64,000 nucleotides of DNA, from positions 224,380,001 to 224,444,000 of the forward strand of contig NC_058368.1 of the NCBI RefSeq assembly GCF_018350175.1, written 5' to 3'. Shown piece by piece: positions 37,111 to 48,041 of the stretch (positions within the stretch are counted from its first letter, which is position 1; the number at the start of each line of letters is the position of its first letter). The position numbers were made by a program, and so were the translations under genes. The DNA is from Felis catus (Eukaryota). Below the pieces are notes generated by a model, which saw nothing but the letters and a program-made list of their open reading frames with translations, was not told where the DNA came from and ran no database searches.

Positions 37111-38197
37111 AAAGGGGCCAATCTTGTTACTTTTAATGACCAGCGAGATTTGAAACATTGAATTTTAAAAATCAGTTGACTCAGCTCTGGGAGAGCTGGG
37201 AGCCCGTGCCCTTAAAGAGACAGCAAAACAAAAAGATTGTGGAGATATAATATAGAAGGAGCAGTTTGAATAATGACTGATGAATATTGGAGGCAGAGTT
37301 ATTTATTAATTTCAAAGTGTGTCCTAGAGGGACAAAAATCACTGGAGGACTTCTCTAGGAACAAAGTTACTAATCTCATTGGGTGTCCTGGAGGGACAGA
37401 GATTGCTGGGGTCCTCTGAAGGAACAAAGAAGTTCCCTAGCACCATTTCTCTCCCCTGCCCTCCTGCCTGAACACATGCCCACTTGTGGGAACCAGCACT
37501 ATGCTAACTCTTGCTACCTAATTTGCTAACATACATCCCCCCAGTCTGCCTCTCTGGCAGTGGCAGAGGGGGATCCCCCTCTCCAGACAGACCCACCTCA
37601 GTCCTGGTGCTGCAGGGCCCCTTTTTAATGGAGCCCATTCAGGGTGGTGCCACAGGCCTGCAACGTGCAAGCAGCACTGACAGGGGCCAGCACCATTCTA
37701 AAGGGACTCCTGTCCCAGAGAGAGGGAAAGATAACCAGACAACCACACACAGACTGCAGCCTGACCAGTGGGCTAGAGGCAGTCTACTGGTCTGACTGCT
37801 GTCCATGTCCACCAATGAAAGCTTCAGCAGACAACACGGGAAAATTTGCCTGCAGTTTGATGTGACTGCATCTCTAGCAAACACCTAGTCTGACTCAACC
37901 CAAGCCCAAGGCATCCCCACATTGGCCCACTGACACCCAAGGGGAAAAACACTGCTAATAACAGGGAAAGAGAGGCATTGAAGGTAACTGAACTGAAGGA
38001 GAAAGTGGCTCAGCCACAACGGTAGGATGCACACATCCTACAAAAGACACAGCCCTGAAATGCCAGGTTCTGGTGAACAGGGAAAACTATACTGCAGGGC
38101 ACTCCGGAATCTCTTCTTCATAAAGCTAGTACTTTCAAGTATAGGAGACATAGCTGACTTTCTTAACACACAAAGCAGACGCAGAAAGTTAGACAAA

Positions 38198-39060
38198 ATG
38201 AAGAGACAGAGGAATACATCCCAAATGAAATAACAGGACAAAATCACAACAAGAGAACTAAGCAAATGGAGATAAGTAATTTGCCTGATAAAGAATTTAA
38301 AGTAATGATCACTGGACTTGAGAAAAGAGTGGAGGACATTGGTGAGACCCTTACAAAGAGATAATAAAGAACCAATCAGAGATGATGAATATAATAAATG
38401 AAATTAAAAACACAGTGGATGGAATAAATAGACTATGGGAAGCAAAAGAACAAATAAATGACCTGGAGGACAGAGTGATATAATCAAGCAAGGTTAGCAA
38501 GTGAGAGAAAAACAAAGTATGCAAAATGAGAATGGACTTAGGGAATTAAGTGACACTATCAAGCATAATAACATTTGCAATAGGGATCCCAGAAGGAGAA
38601 GAGAAAGAAAATTGTGCAGAAAATTTATTGGAAGGAAACAGTAGCTGACAACTTTCCAAATCTGGGGAAGGAAACCAAAATCCAGATCCAGGAGGCACAT
38701 AGATTCCCCAGCAAAATCAACCCAAGGAGGTCCATACCAAGACACATAGTAATTAAAATGGCAAAAAGTGGTGATAAAGAGATATTTTTAAAAGCAGCAA
38801 GATAAAACAGTTACATACAAGGGAAAACACTATAAGGCTATGAGCAGACTTTTCAGCAGAAACTTTATAGTTGAGAAGGAAGTTGCATGATATATTCAAA
38901 GTGCTGAAAGGAAAAAAAAAATCTGCAGCCAAAAATCCTCTAGCCAGCAAAGCTACAGTTCAGAATAGAGGAAGAGATAAACAGCTTCCCAGACAAGCAA
39001 AAGTTAAAGCAATTCATGGCACTAAACTACCCCTACCAGAAATGTTATAGGGGACTAAAG
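38198..39060 (+). pseudogene. Disrupted L1 ORF1
   Basis: Starts MKRQRNTSQMK; later ADNFPNLGKETKIQIQEAHRFPSKINPRRSIPRHIVIKMAK (ORF 38614-38805); stops and frameshifts. Confidence 0.9.
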
Positions 39061-39573
39061 AATAGAAAAAGAAAGATCATACGTGGAAAGGGAAGGCCAT
39101 AAGTAAGATCATAGGAAAGAGTAAGAAAAGTAGAAATAACAAAAGCAAGAAAAATAGGTATGTCTGTAAAAGTCAGTCAAAATAAATCAGACTCACAAAA
39201 TAAAAAGATGTAAAGGATGACACCAAATATAGAAAACATGGGGAGTAGAGGAGAATGGGTTCAAACTTAGCTACCATCAACTTAGTATAGAATGTTACAT
39301 GCAGAAGATGTTATATACAAACCTAATGGTAACAACAAATCAAAAACCAGTAAGATATGAAAAATTACAGAGAAAGGAATTCAAATATATCATTAAAGAA
39401 AGTCAACTAATTGTAAGAAAAGAGAGTTTGAGAAGAAAGGACCAGAGAAAAAGTATGAAAACAACCATAAAACAAGGGACAAAATGGCAATAAATACAAA
39501 CTTATCAATAATTATTTTGAATATAAATGGACTAAATGCTCCATTCAAAGACATAAAATGATGGAATGTGCAT

Positions 39574-39574
<1 letters not shown>

Positions 39575-39616
<42 letters not shown>
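39575..39616. repeat. (CA)21 microsatellite inside L1 ORF2
   Basis: Read directly. Confidence 0.97.
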
Positions 39617-39617
<1 letters not shown>

Positions 39618-41626
39618 GATCCATCTATATGCTGCCTACAAGTGATTCATTTCAGACTTAAAGTTGCATGCAGATTGAAAGACAAAGGATGAAGAGTTTA
39701 TCATGCAAATGGATGTGAAAAGAAAGCCAGGCAGCAATATTTATATTGGACAAAATAGACTTTAAAACAAAGATGGTAAAAATAGACAGAAAAACAAAGA
39801 TAATTGACAAAGTACAGCATCCATTTATGATAAAAACCCTCAGCAAAGTAGATTTAGATGGAACATGCATCCACATAATAAAGGCCATATATGAAAAACT
39901 CACAGTTAACATCATACTCAAAGGTGAAAACTTGAGATTTTTCTCTAAGATCAGGAATAAAATAAGAATGCACATTCTCACCACTTTTATTCAAGATGGT
40001 ACGGGAAGTTCTAGCCATAGTAATCAGACAAGAAAAAGGAATAAAATGCATCCAAATTGGTAAGGAAGAAGTAAAGCTTTCACAATTTGCAGATGATATG
40101 ATATAATATAAACAAAATCCAAAAGACTTCACCACAAAAGTACTAGAACTGATAAATGAATTTAGTAAGGTTGCAAGATGCAAGTCAATGTACAGAAATC
40201 CATTTCATTTTTATACACCTATAGTGAAGCAACAGAAAGAGAAACTAAGAAAGCAACCCCATTCATAATTGCATTAAAAATAATAAAATACCTAGGAATA
40301 AATTTAATGAAGGGGGTGAAATATCTATACTATGAAAACTATAAAATACTGATGAAAGAAACTGAAGAAGACAAAATCATATGAAAACATATCCATGCTC
40401 ACAGATTAAAAACAAACAATAATACTGCAAAAAGGCCATATTACTCAACTTAACCTACAGATTTAATTCAATCTCTATCAAAATAGCAACAGCATTTTTC
40501 ACAGAACTAGAACAAATAATCCTAAAATTTGTATGCAACCACAAAAAATATCAAAGCAGTCTTAAAAAAGGAAAACAAAATTAGAAGTATCACAATTCCA
40601 GATTTAAAGTTATACTACAAAGCTGTAATAATCAAAACACTATGGTACTGGGACAAAAATTGACATATAGAGCAATAGAAGAGGACAGTCAATCCAGAAA
40701 TGAGCCCATGATTATATGGTCAATTACTCTTTGACAGAAGAGGCGAGAATATGCAATGGAAAAAAATAAAATCTCTTCAACAAATGATGTCGGGAAAACT
40801 GGAGAGCTACATGCAAAAGAAAGAAACTGGGCCACTTTCTTACACTCTACAAAAAATAAATTCAAAATGGATTAAACCCTACATATGAGATCTGAACCAT
40901 GAAAATATTAGAAGAGAGCACAGGCAATAAATTCCCTGACATCAGTCATAGAAATATTTTTCTAAATATGTCTCCTCAGGCAAGGAAATAAAAGTGAAGT
41001 AAATTATTGACAATACGTCAAAATAAAAACTTCTCAAGGCAAAAGAAAGAAGCAACAAAACTAAAAAGCAATGTACTGAGTGTGAAAAGATATTTTCCAG
41101 TGACATATCTAATAAAAGTTAGTATCCAAAATACATGAAGAACTTACACAACTCAACACCCAAAAGACAAATAATCCAATTAAAAAATAGAAGACAGAAA
41201 CAGGCATTTCTCCAAAGAAGACATACAGATGGCAACAGACACCAGAAGAAATGCTCAACATCACTCATCATCAGGAGACTACAATCAAAACTAGAATTAG
41301 ATATCACCTCATACTGGTCAGAATGGCTAAAATCAAAAACACAGAACACAAGTGTTGACAAGTATGTGAAGTAAAAGAATCCTCTTGTACTGTTGGTGGG
41401 ATGCAACCTGGTGCAACCACTGTGGAAAACAATATGGAGGTGCCTCAAAAATTTAAAAATAGAATTACCCTGTCATCCAGTAATGGGTATGTACCCAAAG
41501 AATATGAAAGCACCAATTCAAAAGGATATATGCACCTCTATGGTTACTGCAACATTATTTACAATAGCCAAGATATGGAAGCAGCCCGAGTGTCCACTGA
41601 GAGATGAATGGATAAAGGGGAAGTTT

Positions 41627-41700
41627 ATAGATAGATAGATAGATAGATAGATAGACAGATAATATATAGATACATAGGTAGATAGATATAGATGATATAA
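41627..41700. repeat. (TAGA)n microsatellite with degenerate flank
   Basis: Read directly. Confidence 0.9.
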
Positions 41701-42204
41701 TCTATAGCTATATACACTGGGATATTATTCAGCCATACAAAGGAAGGACATTTTGCCATTTGCAAAAACATGGATGGAGCTAGAGTATATAATGCTAGGT
41801 GAAATAAGTCATTCAGAGAAGGACAAATACATATGGTTTCACTCATATATGGAATTTAAGAGACAAGACAAATGAGCAAGGGGAAAAATAAAAAGAGACA
41901 AATCAAGGAACAGACTCTTAAGTATAGAGAACAAACTGATGGTTACCACAGGGGAGGTGGGTAGGGGGTTGAGTGAAACAGTGATGGGGATTAAGAGTAC
42001 ACTTATCATGATGAGCACTGGGTAATATATAGAATTGCTGAATCCCTATATTGTACATCTGAAACTAATATAACACTGTATGTTAACTATATTTGTATTA
42101 AAATAAATAAAATTAATAAAACAGGAAAAAAGCCAATAGGATATTCCCAGTGAAGATCACTAGTGGTCTGAAACAAGGTCCTGCCATCCTGCCATCTGTA
42201 TCCT

Positions 42205-42340
42205 TTATATGTATATGTATATATATATAATATATATATATATTATATATATACATGTATATGTATATGTAATATACATATATACATATGTACATACATA
42301 TGTACAATATATATACATGTATATGTATATGTAATATATA
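42205..42340. repeat. (TA)/(TATG)/(TACA)-rich simple repeat
   Basis: Read directly. Confidence 0.9.
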
Positions 42341-42414
42341 ATTTTCTGTATTTCAAATCCTTGATATTCAAATCCTTTGAAATACAGAAAATTTGTCGAA
42401 AAAAAATTTTTTCA

Positions 42415-42985
42415 GGACTTTATTTCAGAAAAATACAGTCAAAGGGACCATATTTACCCTTCCACTTGATAAAACAACAACACCACACATGAAGAAATGG
42501 TATTCAGGATCTAGATATCAAGAAGTCAAGTACAATGATCTCTGAAAGAAGGGAAGGGAACAACACAAAGACTGGCATGAATACAATACTTTTGCCTGAA
42601 TATTCGTAGTAGCTTGCTTTGTAATAGCCAAAAAGTGGACAATTCAAATATCAATGCAAGTTGTGTCATACCCATGCAATGGAATACTACTTGCCAATAA
42701 AAATAAGTGATCTATTATTATCCTCTGCAGTATGGGTGAATTTTCTCATGTTTATGTTGACTGAAAAAAAGCCAGGCAACAATGAGAACATACTCTGACT
42801 CCATTTATGCAAAATTTTCGAAATACAAACTAATCTATGGTGGCAGAAAGCAGATTGGTGGTTGCTTAAGATTGAAGAAGACATGAAGATACATGAAGTA
42901 GGAATGATGATGAGGCATGAGGAGAATTTGGGGGTGACGGAAATGTTCACTATCTCGATTGTGGCAATTACTTTTGGTGTAGATA
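42415..42985 (+). mobile_element. Old L1M (L1MD-like): 5' tip joined to 3' end
   Basis: agggaccatatttacccttccacttga...tacaatgatctctgaaaga (5'-end-like), then tttgtaatagccaaaaagtgga...aaactaatctatggtggcagaaagcagattggtggttgc (3' end). Confidence 0.7.
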
Positions 42986-43059
42986 TTCTGATTCTTTTTC
43001 TAGAAAAACTACATGTTATCACTAAATCCCCCAAGTTAAACACTTCTTATAAGTAGTTC

Positions 43060-44140
43060 TAACAATTCAAGGGCAGCTATTTGTTCAGCATAGCAAAGCA
43101 AAATCAGATATCCTGATTTCCTCATTAACCATGCCTACTCCCAGAGTGCCACTTTTAACGAAATGGGGATTTATTCTCTCTGAAGAATTTAACTGATGGA
43201 GCGTATGCAGGTAATAAATTATATTAGACATCCAGGCTTTTCCAAGGGCTCCTCCAGAGTTCTACGTGTTACTGTTAGCATGTTTATTTCAAAGGGTGCC
43301 ATATCAACAACCTGTTACACCCCCAACACTCCAACAACATGTTGTGAATATGACAGAGAGCTTTCTATGATGCCCTCCTGGATGCCCTTTGTCAGATCAG
43401 CAGCTAGCTTATTAACTTACCCCCTCTCCTCCAAACTGTGATGCGTAAATGGAGGAGAATGTGTTGATGTTGTGGAGAGGAAAAGAGTTTGGGTAGAGCT
43501 TACTTCCTGTTCATCAATCTTCTAAGTTCTCTTCTCTCTTAATGGCTACTGACTTAACAGTTAATCTACTGTACCATCCTTGGAATGACTATTGTAGTAA
43601 ATTAAAACCTCTTTCACTCTGGATTCCTCACTTGGCCCAAAATTACATCCGATATACACACCATGTCTGACCTTCACTTGAGGTAAACGAATTTTATTTT
43701 TCTTGAAAGAAAAAAAAAACTCTTAAAGAATAATTTGCATAGAGTCTGCCACCTGCTTTGTAATCTTCAATGATGTCAGGGTCTCAAACAGAATTTCCGT
43801 CCTCCATTATGATAATACCTTACAGGTGCCAGGTAACTCCACTCCGACATTTGTACAATAGACCAAAACAGACTCTTCCATCATTTGTGATGGTGGTGGC
43901 TCTTCAATACGATTAAGAAACAAATCAATTTATATAATTCCAGGAGATACTCAATTCTCGCTCACTAAAACTTTTTCTTGATAGAATTGATGGCATGTAT
44001 CTCTCTTTTGGTTCTAAAGCGAGACCATTTGCACCATACTTCCAACATAAATATTCTTGAAAGACCTGCTTGGTCATTTTCAAAAGAATATCCTACTTCT
44101 TTGGAATTGCAAAGAGTACCTTGGCAACTTATCAGTAATG
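43060..44140 (-). mobile_element. Ancient Gypsy (Metaviridae) pol/RT remnant, MamGyp-like
   Basis: Collinear decayed motifs on the minus strand: KVR(M)(C)V(D)YR about 43649-43674; SRVKEVLIYYNSHSKDGTVD*LLSQ*PLREKRT*KI at 43516-43623; RTLEEPLEK at 43237-43263. Confidence 0.55.
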
Positions 44141-45140
44141 TGAACCTTAAGAAAAAAAATTAATAAATATCACTAAATTTGAATTTTCTTATTTGTAAAA
44201 TACAGACTGTGTTTTACAAATACATTACAGTATTATTTTTTAGAAGAAAAAATTGTTAGCTGATGTATATGGAAAAGTAACAGATTTTCAGATTGTGCTC
44301 CCAAAATGTCCAGCTCTGTGCTATTTCTTTGCCTAAGTAGGAGCATTCTTCAACTGGGAGAAATCAATTAATCAAGGGATACATAAAGGATTAATGATGG
44401 AATGAATGAATGAATGAATAAGTAAACAAATAAATATAATCGAAGGTCTTGTTAGGGTCATGTTCTTTTTCCTCTATATTGACTAAATAAAGGAGCATTT
44501 GAGTAAAGTCCATCTCAGATGGTTAATGGTGGCTTAGATTTTTTCCCCAATAACCCTCCACTCCAAGTTCTTGTATTCACATATCTGACAGCAGCCACGT
44601 TTTTCCCCATAACAACAAAAATTAAAAAGATTTTCTGTCTCCATTTGTGTATAGGTGGCACCTGTAGTTTTTAAATGCTAGTTTCCTTTGGCTTTTAATA
44701 GGTTAGTACTTTAAAAACTCTAGACAGGTAACTACTAAGCATCGCAAACAGGATTAAGTAAACATTGCTGAAAAATAAGGAAACAGTCCTCTTTTTTCTC
44801 TGTCTCTGCTAGGTTACCTTAAGGCAGGAAACTTGAGAACACTAGCATGTGTACAGGTGGACGTCAATTTTTTTTTTCTGTTTCTTTTGGTATTGTTCAT
44901 TCATTTCAAACAGGCCTATTAAATACATCTGTCTGATAAACACGTGCCTAAGATCCAAGAAGAAGTGAAGAAAAAAGTCCTTTGTTTACAGGAAGGTTGA
45001 AAAAAATAGGCAGGTATATGTACACACATAGGGGCATAGAACACTGGCAGTCAGAACAACATACAGAAAACTCTAAACTTCCAAATAAGATTCTGGGCCA
45101 CCTGCAAAAGTTAGAGAATCAGATTAACATTGCCCGTTTA

Positions 45141-45332
45141 GGGGAGCCTGGGTGGCTCAGTCTGTTAGACGTACGGCTCTTGGTTTCAGCTTAGCTCATG
45201 ATCTAAGAGCTCCTGAGTTCAAGCTCCGCATTGGACTCTGTATTGATAGTTTGGAACCTGCTTGGGATTCTTTCTCTCTGCCCCCACCCCCTGCTCTTTC
45301 TCTCTCAAAATAAATCAATAAACTTAAAAAAA
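45141..45332 (+). mobile_element. Can-SINE
   Basis: ggggagcctgggtggctcag head through A tail. Confidence 0.92.
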
Positions 45333-45731
45333 TTTCCATTTAAGAAAAAATCTTATTACTTTTATTGATATTATTCATGGGTCAGAGGGAAACATTTTTA
45401 TTTTGTTATTGTATCTTTCCTCCTTATTGAGTAAAAATAGAAAAAAGGAAACAGGGGCGAGCAATAAATCCTGCAGCATAAATAGTTTGATTTTGACGCC
45501 CGGAGACTATTCCCAGAGATTCAGGAATTACCTGATCAAATATTTGCTTCTTAACTATGTTTACAGGTGAATTTAATGGGCATCTAGAGTGGAGAACCAC
45601 TAAATATAATAAAAACAATTAGAGAACAGAATGGACACAAGCCAGAGCGTCAGATTCAGTCTGGTCTTCACATTGCCAGAAAAATTCAAGGATACATTCA
45701 GGGGAAATACCTTTTCAGATGAAAGAAAACA

Positions 45732-46701
45732 CAGGTGGCCCTTGAACAACAAGGCGGTGAGGGATGCCCAAACCCACACACTAGAAACTCTGCATATAAT
45801 TGTTGACTCTTGTCGAGAGCAAGATGGGGTCACTCATGCTAAGCAGGGGCCTGTGTCAAGCAATGACGCAAGCAGTTAAGAACCCTGCAGCCATGAGATA
45901 TCGCCCAGACCAGCATCAGCTGACACCCCAGAACTGATAAGAAGCAGAAGCCGAGGAGGTCTGCAGGGGCCCAAGACTGAGGAAATCCCCTTAAAAAGGG
46001 GGGATTTTTGCAGCAAACTGTCAGACTCTTCAAACGTGACCCCTCTACGTCTGACCACTTAAAAAAGGCAGCTGCCACACAACGGCTCTGCTGGATTGAT
46101 CTCTGAACAGAACTGAGATCCTTCACTGCCTGAACATAATAGGCTGTAAGTTGCCCAGAGCTGACCAGGGCCAGGCGGAGGCCTTATCTCAACCGCATAA
46201 CACCGACTGACTTCGCGTTTGGTTCATTAACTTTCTACACCCTTCTGTTATCTTGTTTGTTGTGTGGTTTGTCTTATGGTCCTATTCTGTATGCTGTGTA
46301 AGAAGCCGAGTTTAATCACATGGGCAAGTGTCGTTGAGTTTAGAATCCTGAGCCCGCTTGATAATTGTGATTTACTTTGCTTTGTGACTGAATAAAGGTG
46401 ACAATGTGGAAAAACACAACTTGTGTGTGCGCCTTCATTGCGTGCTCATGACAACTCTCCAAAACCTTCACTGCTAACCGCCTAGTGTTGACCCGAAGCC
46501 TTACCAATAACAAAACAACACGTATTTTGTATGTTATATGTATTGTGCATGGCGCTCTTATAATTAAGTAAGCTAGAGAACAGAAAATGGTATTAAGAAA
46601 GTTATATGGAAGAAAAAATACATTTACGGTCCTATACTGTAAAAAATCCACATATGATTAGACCCACACGTTTCCAACCCATGTCATTTAAGGGTCAGCT
46701 G
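45732..46701 (-). mobile_element. Tigger2-family MITE, interrupted by a solo LTR
   Basis: TIRs caggtggcccttgaacaac (45732-45750) and gtcatttaagggtcagctg (46683-46701) followed by TA; internal gttgacccgaagccttaccaataac...aagtaagctagaga. Confidence 0.88.
45811..46453 (+). mobile_element. Solo LTR, 643 bp, family not recognised
   Basis: TG...CA ends with imperfect inverted termini (tgtcgagagc / gctcatgaca); perfect 5-bp TSD actct at 45806-45810 and 46454-46458; AATAAA at 46391-46396. Confidence 0.88.
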
Positions 46702-47149
46702 TACCCATGTTTCAAAGACCTATTGCTATAAAGGGAAGTTATTCACTTCAGCAATATTTGTGACACCAATTAGAAATCGTGGGGCAAAAGATGAAGAAAT
46801 CAAATTGGGCGCCATAAGCAGCCTCAAAAATTCAAGGGAGGATATAAGTAACTCACACTAGAAATATGAAACTATTTATATGTGTGTATTGAAAACAACA
46901 ATTGAGACCATATATGCGCATATATAACCTAAACATGTGTATTGTTGTTGGAGGTTGTAATAGTTATTTTTCAAACGAAAGAGAAGAGCAGAATGGAAAC
47001 AGAATGGAAACAACTAAAGACAAACAATAATTTGGAAACTTGAGTCCATAAACAGTTCCATGGGCAAAAGGAAGTAGTAATGCCAGGGCAAATCATGAAG
47101 AAAAATGCTGATATTCAGAAGTAAAAGTGACATCAAGAAAATAAACAAA

Positions 47150-47650
47150 TGCCAGAACAAGCAAATGAGGGTGGCGAGAGAGACAGAGAAACTGACATAG
47201 ACTATTTCCAGAACTAACAAAAGATAAAAGTCTTTAGCTTTCATGGGTTAAATAAATGTAAGCCAGGATAAATGAGGAAAATGCACAGCTATTCTTGAGG
47301 ACCCTTCAAATGCTAAAGACAAAGAGAAAACTGTGAAAAGACAGCCCTAAAAGCAGTAAGAATAATATCAACATCAGACATTTCAACAGCAACTTAGAAA
47401 GTATCTCACCAATACAATGAACTCGCCGAATATGAGAAAACAGTGAATAATATTTTTTAAACAATGAATGAAATTAATTCTAAACCCAGATTTTTTTTGT
47501 ATATACCAACTGTACTTAAATGTGAAAAACAAGAAACATATTCTCAGACATACACATCTTAGTATGTGTAGCAAGCAAAAATCTTTTTAGCATAAATGAA
47601 AATTCAGGAACAAGACAGAAATAGCACTCTGAAAAGGAAAGAAATAATTC
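47150..47650 (+). mobile_element. HAL1/old L1 ORF1-region fragment
   Basis: atttccagaactaa...caaatgctaaagacaaagagaaaa...acatcagacatttcaacagcaac...taaacccagattt...catattctcagacatac. Confidence 0.6.
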
Positions 47651-47795
47651 AAGGAAGCTTCGGTAAAAGAAATGAACATAAGTATTAGCAAGAAAACGTA
47701 AACGGTTGTGAAAAGGAACAGAAAGATAACATGTAGGGAAGATGTGGACCAATGTTTCAAACAATTAAATATCTAATATCTAAAATGCACAAGGA

Positions 47796-48041
47796 GTGGA
47801 ACCTGGGTGGCTCATTCAGTTAAGCATCCAACTTCGGCTCAGGTCACGATCTCATAGTTCATGGATTCATGCCCTGCATTGGGCTCTGTGCTGACAGCTC
47901 AGAGCCTGGATCCTGCTTAGGATTCTGTGTCTCCCTCTCTCTCTGACTTCCCCTGATTATGCTCTCCCTTTCTCTCTCTATCTCTCCTTCTCTCTCTCTC
48001 TCAAAAATAAACATTATAAAAATATGTTTAAATAAATAAAA
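47796..48041 (+). mobile_element. Can-SINE
   Basis: TSD taaaat(g/a)cacaagga at 47781-47795 and 48042-48056. Confidence 0.95.

Larger units (their letters stand above)
39484..41830 (+). pseudogene. Disrupted L1 ORF2 with an endonuclease-to-RT internal deletion
   Basis: atggcaataaatacaaacttatcaataattattttgaatataaatggactaaatgctcca start; DKIDFKTK joined to DKVQHPFMIKTL; FADDMI at 40086-40103; C-terminal LVQPLWKTIWR. Confidence 0.9.
36328..42127 (+). mobile_element. End-to-end carnivore L1 (5'UTR, ORF1, internally deleted ORF2, 3'UTR, A tail)
   Basis: 5' start gaggcttctggggaagatggtgg; 3' end tacatctgaaactaatataacactgtatgttaactat plus A-rich tail; TSD aaaagccaa(c/t)agga at 36314-36327 and 42128-42141. 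Confidence 0.93.

Noticed and set aside
45811..46453. Interpreting the solo LTR as an endogenous lentivirus, deltaretrovirus or foamy virus
   Set aside because: A 5-bp TSD and an internal splice-donor-like site are not diagnostic, and no coding sequence or PBS is present to place it.
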